Assembly: GCA_050747825.1 (NCBI GenBank) | Contig: JBOGJG010000277.1 | Location: 9,791-73,790 of the forward strand | Direction: 5' to 3' | Length of the DNA: 64,000 bases | From: Acidobacteriota bacterium | GTDB taxonomy: Bacteria; Acidobacteriota; UBA6911; RPQK01; JBOGJG01 | Shown here: positions 46,381-54,567 of the stretch, one piece after another | Position numbering within the stretch: the first letter of the stretch is position 1 | Layout of the letters: every line of letters starts with the position of its first letter | Notes under the pieces: model-generated | Told to the model about the DNA's origin: nothing | Database searches by the model: none | The model's input: the letters and a program-made list of their open reading frames with translations, nothing else | Program-made: the position numbers and the translations under genes

Positions 46381-47400
46381 GTGAGCCATCTGCTGTACTT
46401 GAAAGTCTTTACTGCAACGGCGCTCATGATGCTTTCAGCGCCCAGCGATGCGTTGGTCGAGGTCAAGCGGGAAGTGTTTCTGATGGGCACGCGCTGCACT
46501 CTGACGGCCTACGCCTCTGACGGCACCGGGGGACTGGAAAACCTAGAGTCATTCCTACGTATTCTGGAGCAGTCCGAACGGGAGCTGAGCACCTGGCGAG
46601 CGGATAGTCTTTTCAGTCAGTTGAACCGTCAGCCACCAGGTGTGCCCTTGGGCCTGGACCGTTCTTTATGCCGGCTTCTCTCCGATCTTTTCTATTGGAA
46701 TCGAGAGACGGGATTGGCTTTTGATCCCGGCATCGGCGCTCTTATCGAGGTTTGGGGATTGCGAGAGGGCGGCAAGGTTCCCTCCCCTGAATCCATCGAG
46801 ACAGCCCGCAAGCAGGCAGGGCTCAACTACTTCAGGCTTGATCCCAATCAATGCGAGATCACGCGCACCCAGAACGTTTGGATTGACAGCGGCGCCTTCG
46901 GCAAAGGCGAGGCTCTGGATCGAGTCCATCGATATGCTTCTCAAATAGACAGTGGTCCCTGGATGATTGACTTGGGTGGACAGATCATGGTGAGTGGATC
47001 TCCTCCAGACGAGGAAGGCTGGGAAGTCGGCCTGGCGCATCCCGTACGACGGGGAAAATCGGTCCTGAAGCTGAGGCTCAAGGAAGGATCACTGGCCGCC
47101 AGCGGGGGATCGGAAAGGGATTTGGCGGTCCATGGCGCACGCGTCGGGCATATCCTCGATCCGCGCACCGGCCGGCCGGCAGCCTTCAAGGGCTCAGTCG
47201 TCGTCTGGCACCAGCAAGCTCTCGTCGCCGATATTCTTTCCACCGCTCTTTTCGTCATGGGACCTGAAGAGGGACTCTCCTGGGCCAACTCCAGGCAGGT
47301 GGCAGCCTGTTTTATCTTCCCATCTAGCGACGCCCGTTGTCACGAGATTAGCGCCAGCCTTTCTTTCTCCAGTCTCTTCCCACTGACCACTGACCACTGA
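46381..47400 (+). CDS. apbE: FAD:protein FMN transferase (ApbE family), periplasmic
   Basis: Signal peptide, then ApbE-family blocks (VFLMGT...ALD.GA..KG...ASGG...). GTG start. The C-terminal codons run into the heptamer array. Confidence 0.75.
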   Translation: MSHLLYLKVFTATALMMLSAPSDALVEVKREVFLMGTRCTLTAYASDGTGGLENLESFLRILEQSERELSTWRADSLFSQLNRQPPGVPLGLDRSLCRLLSDLFYWNRETGLAFDPGIGALIEVWGLREGGKVPSPESIETARKQAGLNYFRLDPNQCEITRTQNVWIDSGAFGKGEALDRVHRYASQIDSGPWMIDLGGQIMVSGSPPDEEGWEVGLAHPVRRGKSVLKLRLKEGSLAASGGSERDLAVHGARVGHILDPRTGRPAAFKGSVVVWHQQALVADILSTALFVMGPEEGLSWANSRQVAACFIFPSSDARCHEISASLSFSSLFPLTTDH

Positions 47401-47481
47401 CCGCTGACCGCTGACCGCTGACCACTGACCGCTGACCGCTGACCACTGACCACTGACCGCTGACCGCTGACCGCTGACCGC
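47381..47481. repeat. Heptamer microsatellite (CACTGAC/CGCTGAC)n, about 14 units
   Basis: Direct head-to-tail 7-nt units with two variant bases. No spacers, so not CRISPR. Confidence 0.9.
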
Positions 47482-47518
47482 ACGAATGCGCTCTGTTAAG
47501 AGGCAGGATAAAAGGGCC

Positions 47519-47854
47519 TCATGAGGGTGACTCGGCGGCTGCCGGTTGGAACGAGTCCACCAGTTCCCGCAAGAGAGGCTGCAGTTTGACGGACTGAATG
47601 TTGGCCTGGGTTTTTCCCCGCAAAAATACCGGCGATGTCGAGAAGGTCGCCCACGAGGGTATTTTGCAGGATAGCGTTACTCTCAATAATCTCCAGGGCG
47701 GGAGCCTGTTTGCGGGCCGCAATTCGGTTTCGATTTGTTTACGCTTCTCAACTTCCCGATGGAGATCGGCATTCGTCTTACGGAGTTCCCTGGTCCGTTC
47801 TTTTACTCGCAGGTTAAGCTCTTCGCGGGCGCGCCTGAGAGATTCTTCTGGCAT
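47519..47854 (-). pseudogene. Decayed histidine-kinase remnant (coiled-coil linker plus distal half of DHp; frameshifted, no H-box or ATPase domain)
   Basis: Frame a reads MPEESLRRAREELNLRVKERTRELRKTNADLHREVEKRKQIETEL. Frame b reads RAARKQAPALEIIESNAILQNTLVGDLLDIAGIFAGK. Frame a then resumes TQANIQSVKLQPLLRELVDSFQPAAAES, which is HisKA-like (LL.DLLD...GK..L....V.L..LL.E). No HELRTP H-box and no HATPase_c follows. Confidence 0.5.
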
Positions 47855-48009
47855 TCCGCGTCTCCCTTGTAGATTACATCGTATACGGAAAGGTTAAGCG
47901 GACAAAAGTGGTCCCAGAGGATTGGCGGCGCAATGGTCAGCATTCCGGGAACTTTTCAGGTTATTTGATGTCATAATAAATAAGCACCACTGCTGGTGTC
48001 AGGTTTTCG

Positions 48010-48627
48010 ATGGCAGAAATGAGCGGGTCAATCAGTTCGGGAGTCGCGTTCGGTGAAGCCGAAACTTTAGTCGCTCGGCTGAAAGAAGGGGACGAAAGCG
48101 CGTTCTCCGAAGCTTTCGAGCTTTACAAAGATCTGATCTTTACCGTCTGTTCCAAGCTTCTGGCCGAAAAGGGCGAGGCCATGGACGTCACTCAGGAGGT
48201 CTTTCTGACCCTTTACCGCAAGATCCACTATTTCCGTGGGGAATGTACGCTCAAGACCTGGCTTTACCGGGTTACTCTGAACCATATCGGCAACCGCAAT
48301 CGCTGGTGGCGGCGGCGTTCCAGAGACCGTACTCAATCTTTGGGTCTGACCGTCAACGGGAAAACCATCGATGTGCCCTGCAATAGGGCGCGTCCGGATG
48401 GCCGTTTTTTTTCCCTCGAAGTTCAGGAGGCGCTGCAAAAAGGCCTTCAGGATCTGCCATTTGATCAGCGCGCTTGCGTGATCCTGCGTGATGTGCAGGG
48501 ACTGACTTATGAGGAAATCGCGCAGGCGATGTCCGTGCAGATCGGTACCGTCAAGTCACGCATCGCCCGAGGCCGAGAGCGGCTGCGAGAGCTTTTAAGA
48601 GATTACCGGCCGGGAGCATCGCTATGA
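48010..48627 (+). CDS. RNA polymerase ECF-type sigma-70 factor
   Basis: Region 2 (DVTQEVFLTLYRK) and region 4 (LRDVQGLTYEEIAQAMSVQIGTVKSRIARGRERLRE). Confidence 0.8.
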   Translation: MAEMSGSISSGVAFGEAETLVARLKEGDESAFSEAFELYKDLIFTVCSKLLAEKGEAMDVTQEVFLTLYRKIHYFRGECTLKTWLYRVTLNHIGNRNRWWRRRSRDRTQSLGLTVNGKTIDVPCNRARPDGRFFSLEVQEALQKGLQDLPFDQRACVILRDVQGLTYEEIAQAMSVQIGTVKSRIARGRERLRELLRDYRPGASL

Positions 48628-49352
48628 AGTGTGACCATGTCCGTCTAAGAGTTCACGACTATTTGGACCAGGAATTGTTGCCTGAAGAAAGCCTCGAACT
48701 GAACCTGCATCTGGGGCACTGTGAGGCCTGCAGAACGATCTTTGACGAATACGGCTTTATTAAAGAAGCCATTTCACTGAAAGTAGAGTTGCCGCAGCGT
48801 TCACAGGAACAGATGCGGGCCTGGATTCAGCATCGAGCTCACCGGACGCTGCAGACTCGCCTTTGGGAAGCCTGGGATTTTTTCAGGACCTTTTGCCGGG
48901 ATCTGGATCGCCGTCTGGTATGGTCAAAGCTCTCGGCCACTCCCATTACCCTGGCGTTCTTTTTCGTCATCGTGGCTCAGTTTTCGCATGTGGATTTTTA
49001 CGAATGGACTCATCCTGTTTTCGGAGAGCCCCGGCAGGAAGCCACTCTTCTTCGCAAGCCGATCATCTCCCAGGCCCACGTCCGGCAGCAGAATACGGCT
49101 CTGGAGGGACTTTCAAACGCGGTTTGGAGACTTCCTTATGAGGATTCCCTTTCGCTGGTGGCCAAGATCACGCCCGAAGGCAACGCTCAAATCGACAGCG
49201 TCTTGAACGCCCCCAAGAGCCTGGACCTTCTGAACGCCATCGATCTGAACCTGCGCGAGAGCCAGTTCGAAATGGCTCGCACCGTGGGCAGCCCGTTTCT
49301 GATCTATTCATTTCAGAAGATCGACGTCTACGAATACCAGCGCGGACTGTAA
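48624..49352 (+). CDS. Anti-sigma factor (zinc-finger HxxxCxxC type, single TM)
   Basis: HLGHCEAC motif, a TM helix around residue 105-125, and a 4-nt overlap with the sigma gene. Confidence 0.6.
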   Translation: MKCDHVRLRVHDYLDQELLPEESLELNLHLGHCEACRTIFDEYGFIKEAISLKVELPQRSQEQMRAWIQHRAHRTLQTRLWEAWDFFRTFCRDLDRRLVWSKLSATPITLAFFFVIVAQFSHVDFYEWTHPVFGEPRQEATLLRKPIISQAHVRQQNTALEGLSNAVWRLPYEDSLSLVAKITPEGNAQIDSVLNAPKSLDLLNAIDLNLRESQFEMARTVGSPFLIYSFQKIDVYEYQRGL

Positions 49353-49355
49353 CGA

Positions 49356-49384
49356 GTGGCGGGTGTCACGCCGCCACCCGCCAC
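49356..49384. other. GC-rich 10-bp stem-loop at convergent gene junction
   Basis: GTGGCGGGTG-(9 nt)-CACCCGCCAC between the anti-sigma stop (49352) and the minus-strand stop (49389). No U-tract on either side. Confidence 0.4.
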
Positions 49385-49388
49385 CCGC

Positions 49389-51590
49389 TCACGGAATCGT
49401 GACTGCCACTTTGCCGGTGCCGATGTTACCGACCGAGTCCACGACGCGGATTGAGATCACATGCGCTCCGGACTCGAGGGCTTCGGTGGTGAAAGAGAAC
49501 TGCTCGCTCGGAGTATCCGCAATCCCGTCCTGGGGAAAGATAATATGCCAGGTTTCTGAATCCACCGAATACTCCGCCTGGTGAACAGTGCTGAATCCGC
49601 CAGTGTCTGCAGTGAACTGCACGCTTGCCTGCCGCCTCTCCAGCTGAGGGGCAGCCACTTCCACAGAAGGAGAAGAATTGGAAATAACGAAAGCCTTGCT
49701 CACCAGCTCGCTGCTCAGGGCCTGCGCCTGCGGGTTACTGGGAAGATCCGATGCAACCACCTTGACGAAATAAGTACCCCTTGGAAAGCTGACACCGTCC
49801 ATCGTGAAATGGCTCTCGGTGAGACCGTCTTTAAGCAGTTTCCACGAATCTACTTCCTGAGTGCGATAGTAGATGGAAAAGGCCAGGTCATCCTGGTTGC
49901 GGTCGCTGGCCTGCCAGGAGAAGCTTCGAGCGCCCGGAATGTAGACTCTGCGCGCCGGAGGCGTGGAGCCGCGATCTATATTGCGGATGCTGCGGGGCAA
50001 AGACCTGAGGTGCGCTCCGGCAGGTCCCCCGGGAGACACTCCTCCCGAAGGATTTGAATTCGGGAACTGGACGAGAGCAACACCGGGGGGGTGCACGGTT
50101 ACCGATTCCACCTGGGGCGCAAGGTTGCGCTGCAGATAGCTCACAGTGACCAGCTCAACGGCGTTGCTGTCGGAAACGACGGCAGCCGACCGGCCGGCCT
50201 CCGGAAATTCGATCTTCCACTGCAGATATCGGGCCGCCGGGCTCAAGACGGCGCTTCCCCCGGAATTCTGGTACGGCTCGCTCCAGTTGCTCCAGGTGCC
50301 GTCCGGATCTTCCGTGTTGCCGGAGCGCGTGTACACTTTCACTCCTGTCGTCTGATTCTTTACGAACCAGCGAATCGTTCCCCAGGAGCTGGCCACTCCA
50401 GCGTCAAGCGGCTTTGACTCGTACACACCGGCCTTGGAAGGAGTCGTGAGCAGCCGGAATAACTTGCCCAGGTTGCTGGTGACAACGTACAGAGATCGAT
50501 CGTGCTCCAGCAGATGGGTGATCTGCTCCTCCGGGCTTTGAGCCAGAAAGGTCACGAGCTTGTCGGGGCTGATGGAGACGATTCTCCCCTGGTTGCCGGT
50601 CCCCACCAGCACATTGCCGTCACTGCGAACCAGAAGGTCAAAAGCCAACTGGTCGTTCGAAGTGTACAGTGTTTCCACCAGATTTTGGCGATCTATCTTG
50701 TAGACCTCCAGCTTTTTCCCTTTTTCGGTTCCGGCTACGCTGACGGTACTCTCTCTGTCGGGTGAGCCGTTCTCGTCTTCCGAAGGTTCCGAACTGCTCT
50801 TGGTGGCAGCAGAGACTGTCGGAGGTTCAGAACCCTCCGGGCCGCCCAAAGCAGCGGCGTAAACGTTGCCGTAGCGGTCATAGGCGATCGCTTTCAGCTC
50901 TTGAAGCGGCGAATCGTAGAGGACGAAAGCCGAGCCGGCGGGAGAAATCCGGTAGAGAAGGGCTTCAGGAGCACCCCCGGCCAGAAGATTCCCTTCTGCG
51001 TCCACGGTTAGACTGACGATATGGGTCTCTTTGCTGTCGTAAAAGGGGGTTCCCTGCCCGTCCGGAGCAACTTTGTAAATGATGCCCTTGGGACCGGTGG
51101 CGACGAAGACATTATTCTGGGCATCGACGGCCAGCGCCCAGATGTATTTTTCTCCCGGGTCGAAGAAAATTTCCGGCTGCCCCTGGCTGTTTAGCCGATA
51201 GACCTTTCCATCCGGAGAAGTGCCTGCGTAAATTCGGTTGGAGGAATCCACAGCCAGCGCATACACGCTCGGCTCATTCAGTTTGGCCCATTCGGAGCCG
51301 TTTCCGCCGGCCGGCTGGCGAAAAATCTTGCCATTGCTTCCGGTGGCCAAAAACACATTGCCGCCTCTGTCTGTTAGCGCGTCAAAAATGAAAGCTTCTT
51401 CCGTCTCCAGAAGCATCTCCAGGTCGGGGGCCAGCACCAACCTTCCGTCGCTGGTCACCGATACACCCGTGAGTTCGCCCTGCAGGAACTCCTCCTGCGT
51501 GGAGAGCGTCCAGTGGGACGGCTCGGTTGCCTCCACCGGAAGGGCGGAAGAGTAAAAGACTATAGATAAAAGAAGAGCAAATTTTTTCAT
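49389..51590 (-). CDS. Secreted beta-propeller repeat protein with C-terminal Ig/FN3-like region
   Basis: Signal peptide. Multiple repeats of the form ...N.VF.ATG..G.IY.../...GN...GT...G.I (two-component-regulator-propeller/YVTN-like). The C-terminal roughly 200 aa is beta-rich. Confidence 0.5.
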   Translation of the reverse strand: MKKFALLLSIVFYSSALPVEATEPSHWTLSTQEEFLQGELTGVSVTSDGRLVLAPDLEMLLETEEAFIFDALTDRGGNVFLATGSNGKIFRQPAGGNGSEWAKLNEPSVYALAVDSSNRIYAGTSPDGKVYRLNSQGQPEIFFDPGEKYIWALAVDAQNNVFVATGPKGIIYKVAPDGQGTPFYDSKETHIVSLTVDAEGNLLAGGAPEALLYRISPAGSAFVLYDSPLQELKAIAYDRYGNVYAAALGGPEGSEPPTVSAATKSSSEPSEDENGSPDRESTVSVAGTEKGKKLEVYKIDRQNLVETLYTSNDQLAFDLLVRSDGNVLVGTGNQGRIVSISPDKLVTFLAQSPEEQITHLLEHDRSLYVVTSNLGKLFRLLTTPSKAGVYESKPLDAGVASSWGTIRWFVKNQTTGVKVYTRSGNTEDPDGTWSNWSEPYQNSGGSAVLSPAARYLQWKIEFPEAGRSAAVVSDSNAVELVTVSYLQRNLAPQVESVTVHPPGVALVQFPNSNPSGGVSPGGPAGAHLRSLPRSIRNIDRGSTPPARRVYIPGARSFSWQASDRNQDDLAFSIYYRTQEVDSWKLLKDGLTESHFTMDGVSFPRGTYFVKVVASDLPSNPQAQALSSELVSKAFVISNSSPSVEVAAPQLERRQASVQFTADTGGFSTVHQAEYSVDSETWHIIFPQDGIADTPSEQFSFTTEALESGAHVISIRVVDSVGNIGTGKVAVTIP

Positions 51591-51623
51591 TGAGTTCTCA
51601 GGCTGGAGCCGTGCCAGTCTGCG

Positions 51624-53444
51624 CTAGCCCTTAACTTTAATCTTAATTACGTGCTGACCGGTCAGCACAAAGTCGGTAGGAGGCAGCTCATATTCAAAAT
51701 AAATAACCTTGTCAATGGCCTTTAGAGCCCCGCCGGTCTTCTGGGAATTATAGAGAGCCAGCAGCGAAGGCGGCAGATCCGGGAGCCCTTCACCACCGGC
51801 CACGACACCCGCACCTTCCCGGAAGAGTCGGATATACAACCGGTCGTTCTTCTTCAGGTTGTTAATCGCCTTGATCAGTTGCTGCAGGCTCTTGGGCACG
51901 AACTCGTCCACATCCGATTCGGCATCCACTTTGATCAACGACAACCCGTCTCCCACCATTATCCTGAGTGGTCCTGGCGTAATATCCTCGGGGATCATCA
52001 CAGGGTATTCTTCAACGATCGTATCTCCATTGGCTCGGCGCAGAAAAACCGTCAGGTTCACTTCTTCTCCCGGGCGCGCTTCCAATTTGTCCTGCCAGAC
52101 TTTCTCGAGAGTTGCTTCGCGTGTCTGTTCGACAGCCGTAATTTCCACGTCAATGCGTTCCATTTCCAGATCTTCAAAGCCGCTGCTCAGGAGAAAGTTG
52201 ATGGGCGAGGAAGCCGCCATCGCGGCAAAGACCGGCGTACTGACCAAATCGGAAACGCTATTCTCGAAATGGACATCGGGTTGTCCCCGCACGGCAATTT
52301 TACATTTGATTTCCAGGGTCTGGCCGCCAATGGCGCGCTCCGAGGCAATGATGCTGTTGTGAACCGTGAAGGTCATCAGGAAAGGCGTCAGGAATTGATC
52401 GGTGATGACTTCGTAGTTGTATTCTTTCAGCTCATTGCGACTCGTCATTATCTTCAGGCCAATCGGAATCATGTCCGCCTCCTCTCCGACAATACCCATG
52501 ATGCCGGTCGCCCGGTCCTGCTTGATGCTGCCGATAGAGGCCGTGGTGGCTGAGACCTTTTCGCTGTTCATCAGGTTAGGAATGATTGTCAGCACAGCCG
52601 CCTTGTTGAGCGGCATGTCGGTATACCCCATGCTCAGGAACGGATGCCCGAAGGCATATATCTTGTCTCCGCTGAGGTGAGTGACCGTGCCGCTGGCGCT
52701 CACTTCCATGTCACCGCGCACCATCTGGACACTGATGGTCGATCCGGGTTCCAACGGCGCGTTCAGGAAATCGTTGGTTTTCCCGCTCCCGATTCCACGG
52801 ATCGGAGTCAGCCCGAGGGCCTTCAGTTGGGGAGCGAAAGACCGGATGGCTGCCGGCGAGAAGCCGGAAAGATTCAGTGGAGTCGCTATGGGCGTCAACT
52901 TGCCCGCGCCCTCCAAAGAGCCGGTATTGAGCAAAAAGGGATCGACATCAAAACTGGGAAGCTGAGGTAATAGCTCGCTCAATTTGAATTGCGCGGCCTG
53001 ATACATAGCACCGGGGCCGTCGTAGCGGACCTTTCGGTAATCCACTTTGGGAGATTCTTTGAAAATGTCCACCATTTCCTGGATCGGCGTAATGCCCGCG
53101 ATTGGAGCTTTGGCGAATTTAAAGGCGTACGCTACGGCGCCTACCAGCTTGCCATCAATATAAACCGGGCTGCCGCTCATGCCGGCAAATACACCCGTCT
53201 CCTCCAACTTCTCGCCGGAAAGCCGGGCCAAAATCAGGTTCTGCTTGGGTCCGACGTTCTCGAGCACACCCAGTACCTCGACATCGAAATTCTCGACAGT
53301 CGTGCCTTTGAATATGGTCCTTCCGTAACCTTGTTGTCCCGGTTTCACCAACTCCAGAGGATAAAAGTCTGCCGACTGAGCGCTGATCATCGCAGGCGTC
53401 GTGATGATCAAAGCCAGCACGATACCGAGTATTTTAAAATTCAT
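51624..53444 (-). CDS. SpoIVB-type (S55) serine peptidase-like secreted protein
   Basis: Signal peptide and a GMSGSPVY catalytic-serine context typical of S55/SpoIVB. 606 aa. Confidence 0.55.
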   Translation of the reverse strand: MNFKILGIVLALIITTPAMISAQSADFYPLELVKPGQQGYGRTIFKGTTVENFDVEVLGVLENVGPKQNLILARLSGEKLEETGVFAGMSGSPVYIDGKLVGAVAYAFKFAKAPIAGITPIQEMVDIFKESPKVDYRKVRYDGPGAMYQAAQFKLSELLPQLPSFDVDPFLLNTGSLEGAGKLTPIATPLNLSGFSPAAIRSFAPQLKALGLTPIRGIGSGKTNDFLNAPLEPGSTISVQMVRGDMEVSASGTVTHLSGDKIYAFGHPFLSMGYTDMPLNKAAVLTIIPNLMNSEKVSATTASIGSIKQDRATGIMGIVGEEADMIPIGLKIMTSRNELKEYNYEVITDQFLTPFLMTFTVHNSIIASERAIGGQTLEIKCKIAVRGQPDVHFENSVSDLVSTPVFAAMAASSPINFLLSSGFEDLEMERIDVEITAVEQTREATLEKVWQDKLEARPGEEVNLTVFLRRANGDTIVEEYPVMIPEDITPGPLRIMVGDGLSLIKVDAESDVDEFVPKSLQQLIKAINNLKKNDRLYIRLFREGAGVVAGGEGLPDLPPSLLALYNSQKTGGALKAIDKVIYFEYELPPTDFVLTGQHVIKIKVKG

Positions 53445-53596
53445 TACGGAAAAACCTCATTGAGACCAAGTTTTCTGGGGTAAAGTATAGCGATTCAAGC
53501 TCTGTAAGGTCAAGAAAACGGGCTGCAAAGGGCTGTTGTGAAAAGTGTGATTATAACCGCTGAACAAATCAGCGAATTGAGTGTATTAAAGGCGGT

Positions 53597-54532
53597 ATGG
53601 GTATGAGTGTCCGGAATTACGTACCTGATGTGGGGTTGGGACAACGCTACTGGAAGTATTATTTGCGGCTGTTTTTTCCTTCTTTGGTAGTGCTCATTGT
53701 TACGTTCCTGATCATTAATTTATTCCTCACTTATAGAATTGTTTACCCCCAGCCGCGTCCGGAATCGGGAGATCCAGCCTCTTACCTCTTGCCTTTTCAG
53801 GAGCTGAATTTCCAGGGAGATGGGGGACAACTGTCCGTCTGGTTCATTCCCGGCCTGAAGGGATCTCCGGCCGTCTTTCTCTGTCATGACTATGGCTCCA
53901 ACCGGATCCCCCTTCTCAACCTGGCCGCTTTGCTGCGCGAGACGGGCTATAACGTCGCTCTAATGCCTTTTCGCGGCCACGGGAACAGCCATTTCTCCTA
54001 CTCTACACTGGGCCTCGAGGAAGGCCAGGATCTGTCTCGAGCGGTTGATTTCGTTGTGGATAACCTTGGTGTCGATGAGTCGAGCGTGGCCACTTATGGG
54101 ATCTCGCTGGGAGCTCATGCGGCCATGCGCGCCGCTCTCCAGAATGAGCGCATCCGCGTGCTGGTCCTGGATTCGCCATACCCATGCCCATATGACCTGA
54201 TCGAACATGAAATCGCAGAAAGTGTCGGCTTCAATAGCAGCCTGCTGAGCAGCAGCGTAGGTCTCTTTTCTTCTCTTTACTTGGGGACCAGTCCCTTTGC
54301 TCTCACCGAAGACGTTGAAGTGGAATCGCTCTTCCCGCGCCCGATTCTTTATATCGCCGGTCTGCAGACTCCTTCCTTTGCCCGCTGGACGCGCCGGCTC
54401 TATGCCGAGTCGGAAGGGCGCAAGGACATCCTGACGCTTCCGCGCACCCGCAAGTCGCTACTGATCACCACTGAGTTGCGTACTTACGATCAGCGCATTG
54501 TCAATTTTTTAAGACAATATCTGCCGCTTTAA
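53597..54532 (+). CDS. Alpha/beta-hydrolase, membrane-anchored
   Basis: N-terminal TM, HDYGSN oxyanion region, nucleophile elbow GISLGA (GxSxG). Confidence 0.6.
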   Translation: MGMSVRNYVPDVGLGQRYWKYYLRLFFPSLVVLIVTFLIINLFLTYRIVYPQPRPESGDPASYLLPFQELNFQGDGGQLSVWFIPGLKGSPAVFLCHDYGSNRIPLLNLAALLRETGYNVALMPFRGHGNSHFSYSTLGLEEGQDLSRAVDFVVDNLGVDESSVATYGISLGAHAAMRAALQNERIRVLVLDSPYPCPYDLIEHEIAESVGFNSSLLSSSVGLFSSLYLGTSPFALTEDVEVESLFPRPILYIAGLQTPSFARWTRRLYAESEGRKDILTLPRTRKSLLITTELRTYDQRIVNFLRQYLPL

Positions 54533-54567
54533 ACGTCAGTGTCTCCTGTCATCATCATCTGACCTGA

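Noticed and set aside
47381-47481. Possible CRISPR array
   Set aside because: Units are 7 nt, directly abutting, with no spacers. This is a microsatellite, not CRISPR.
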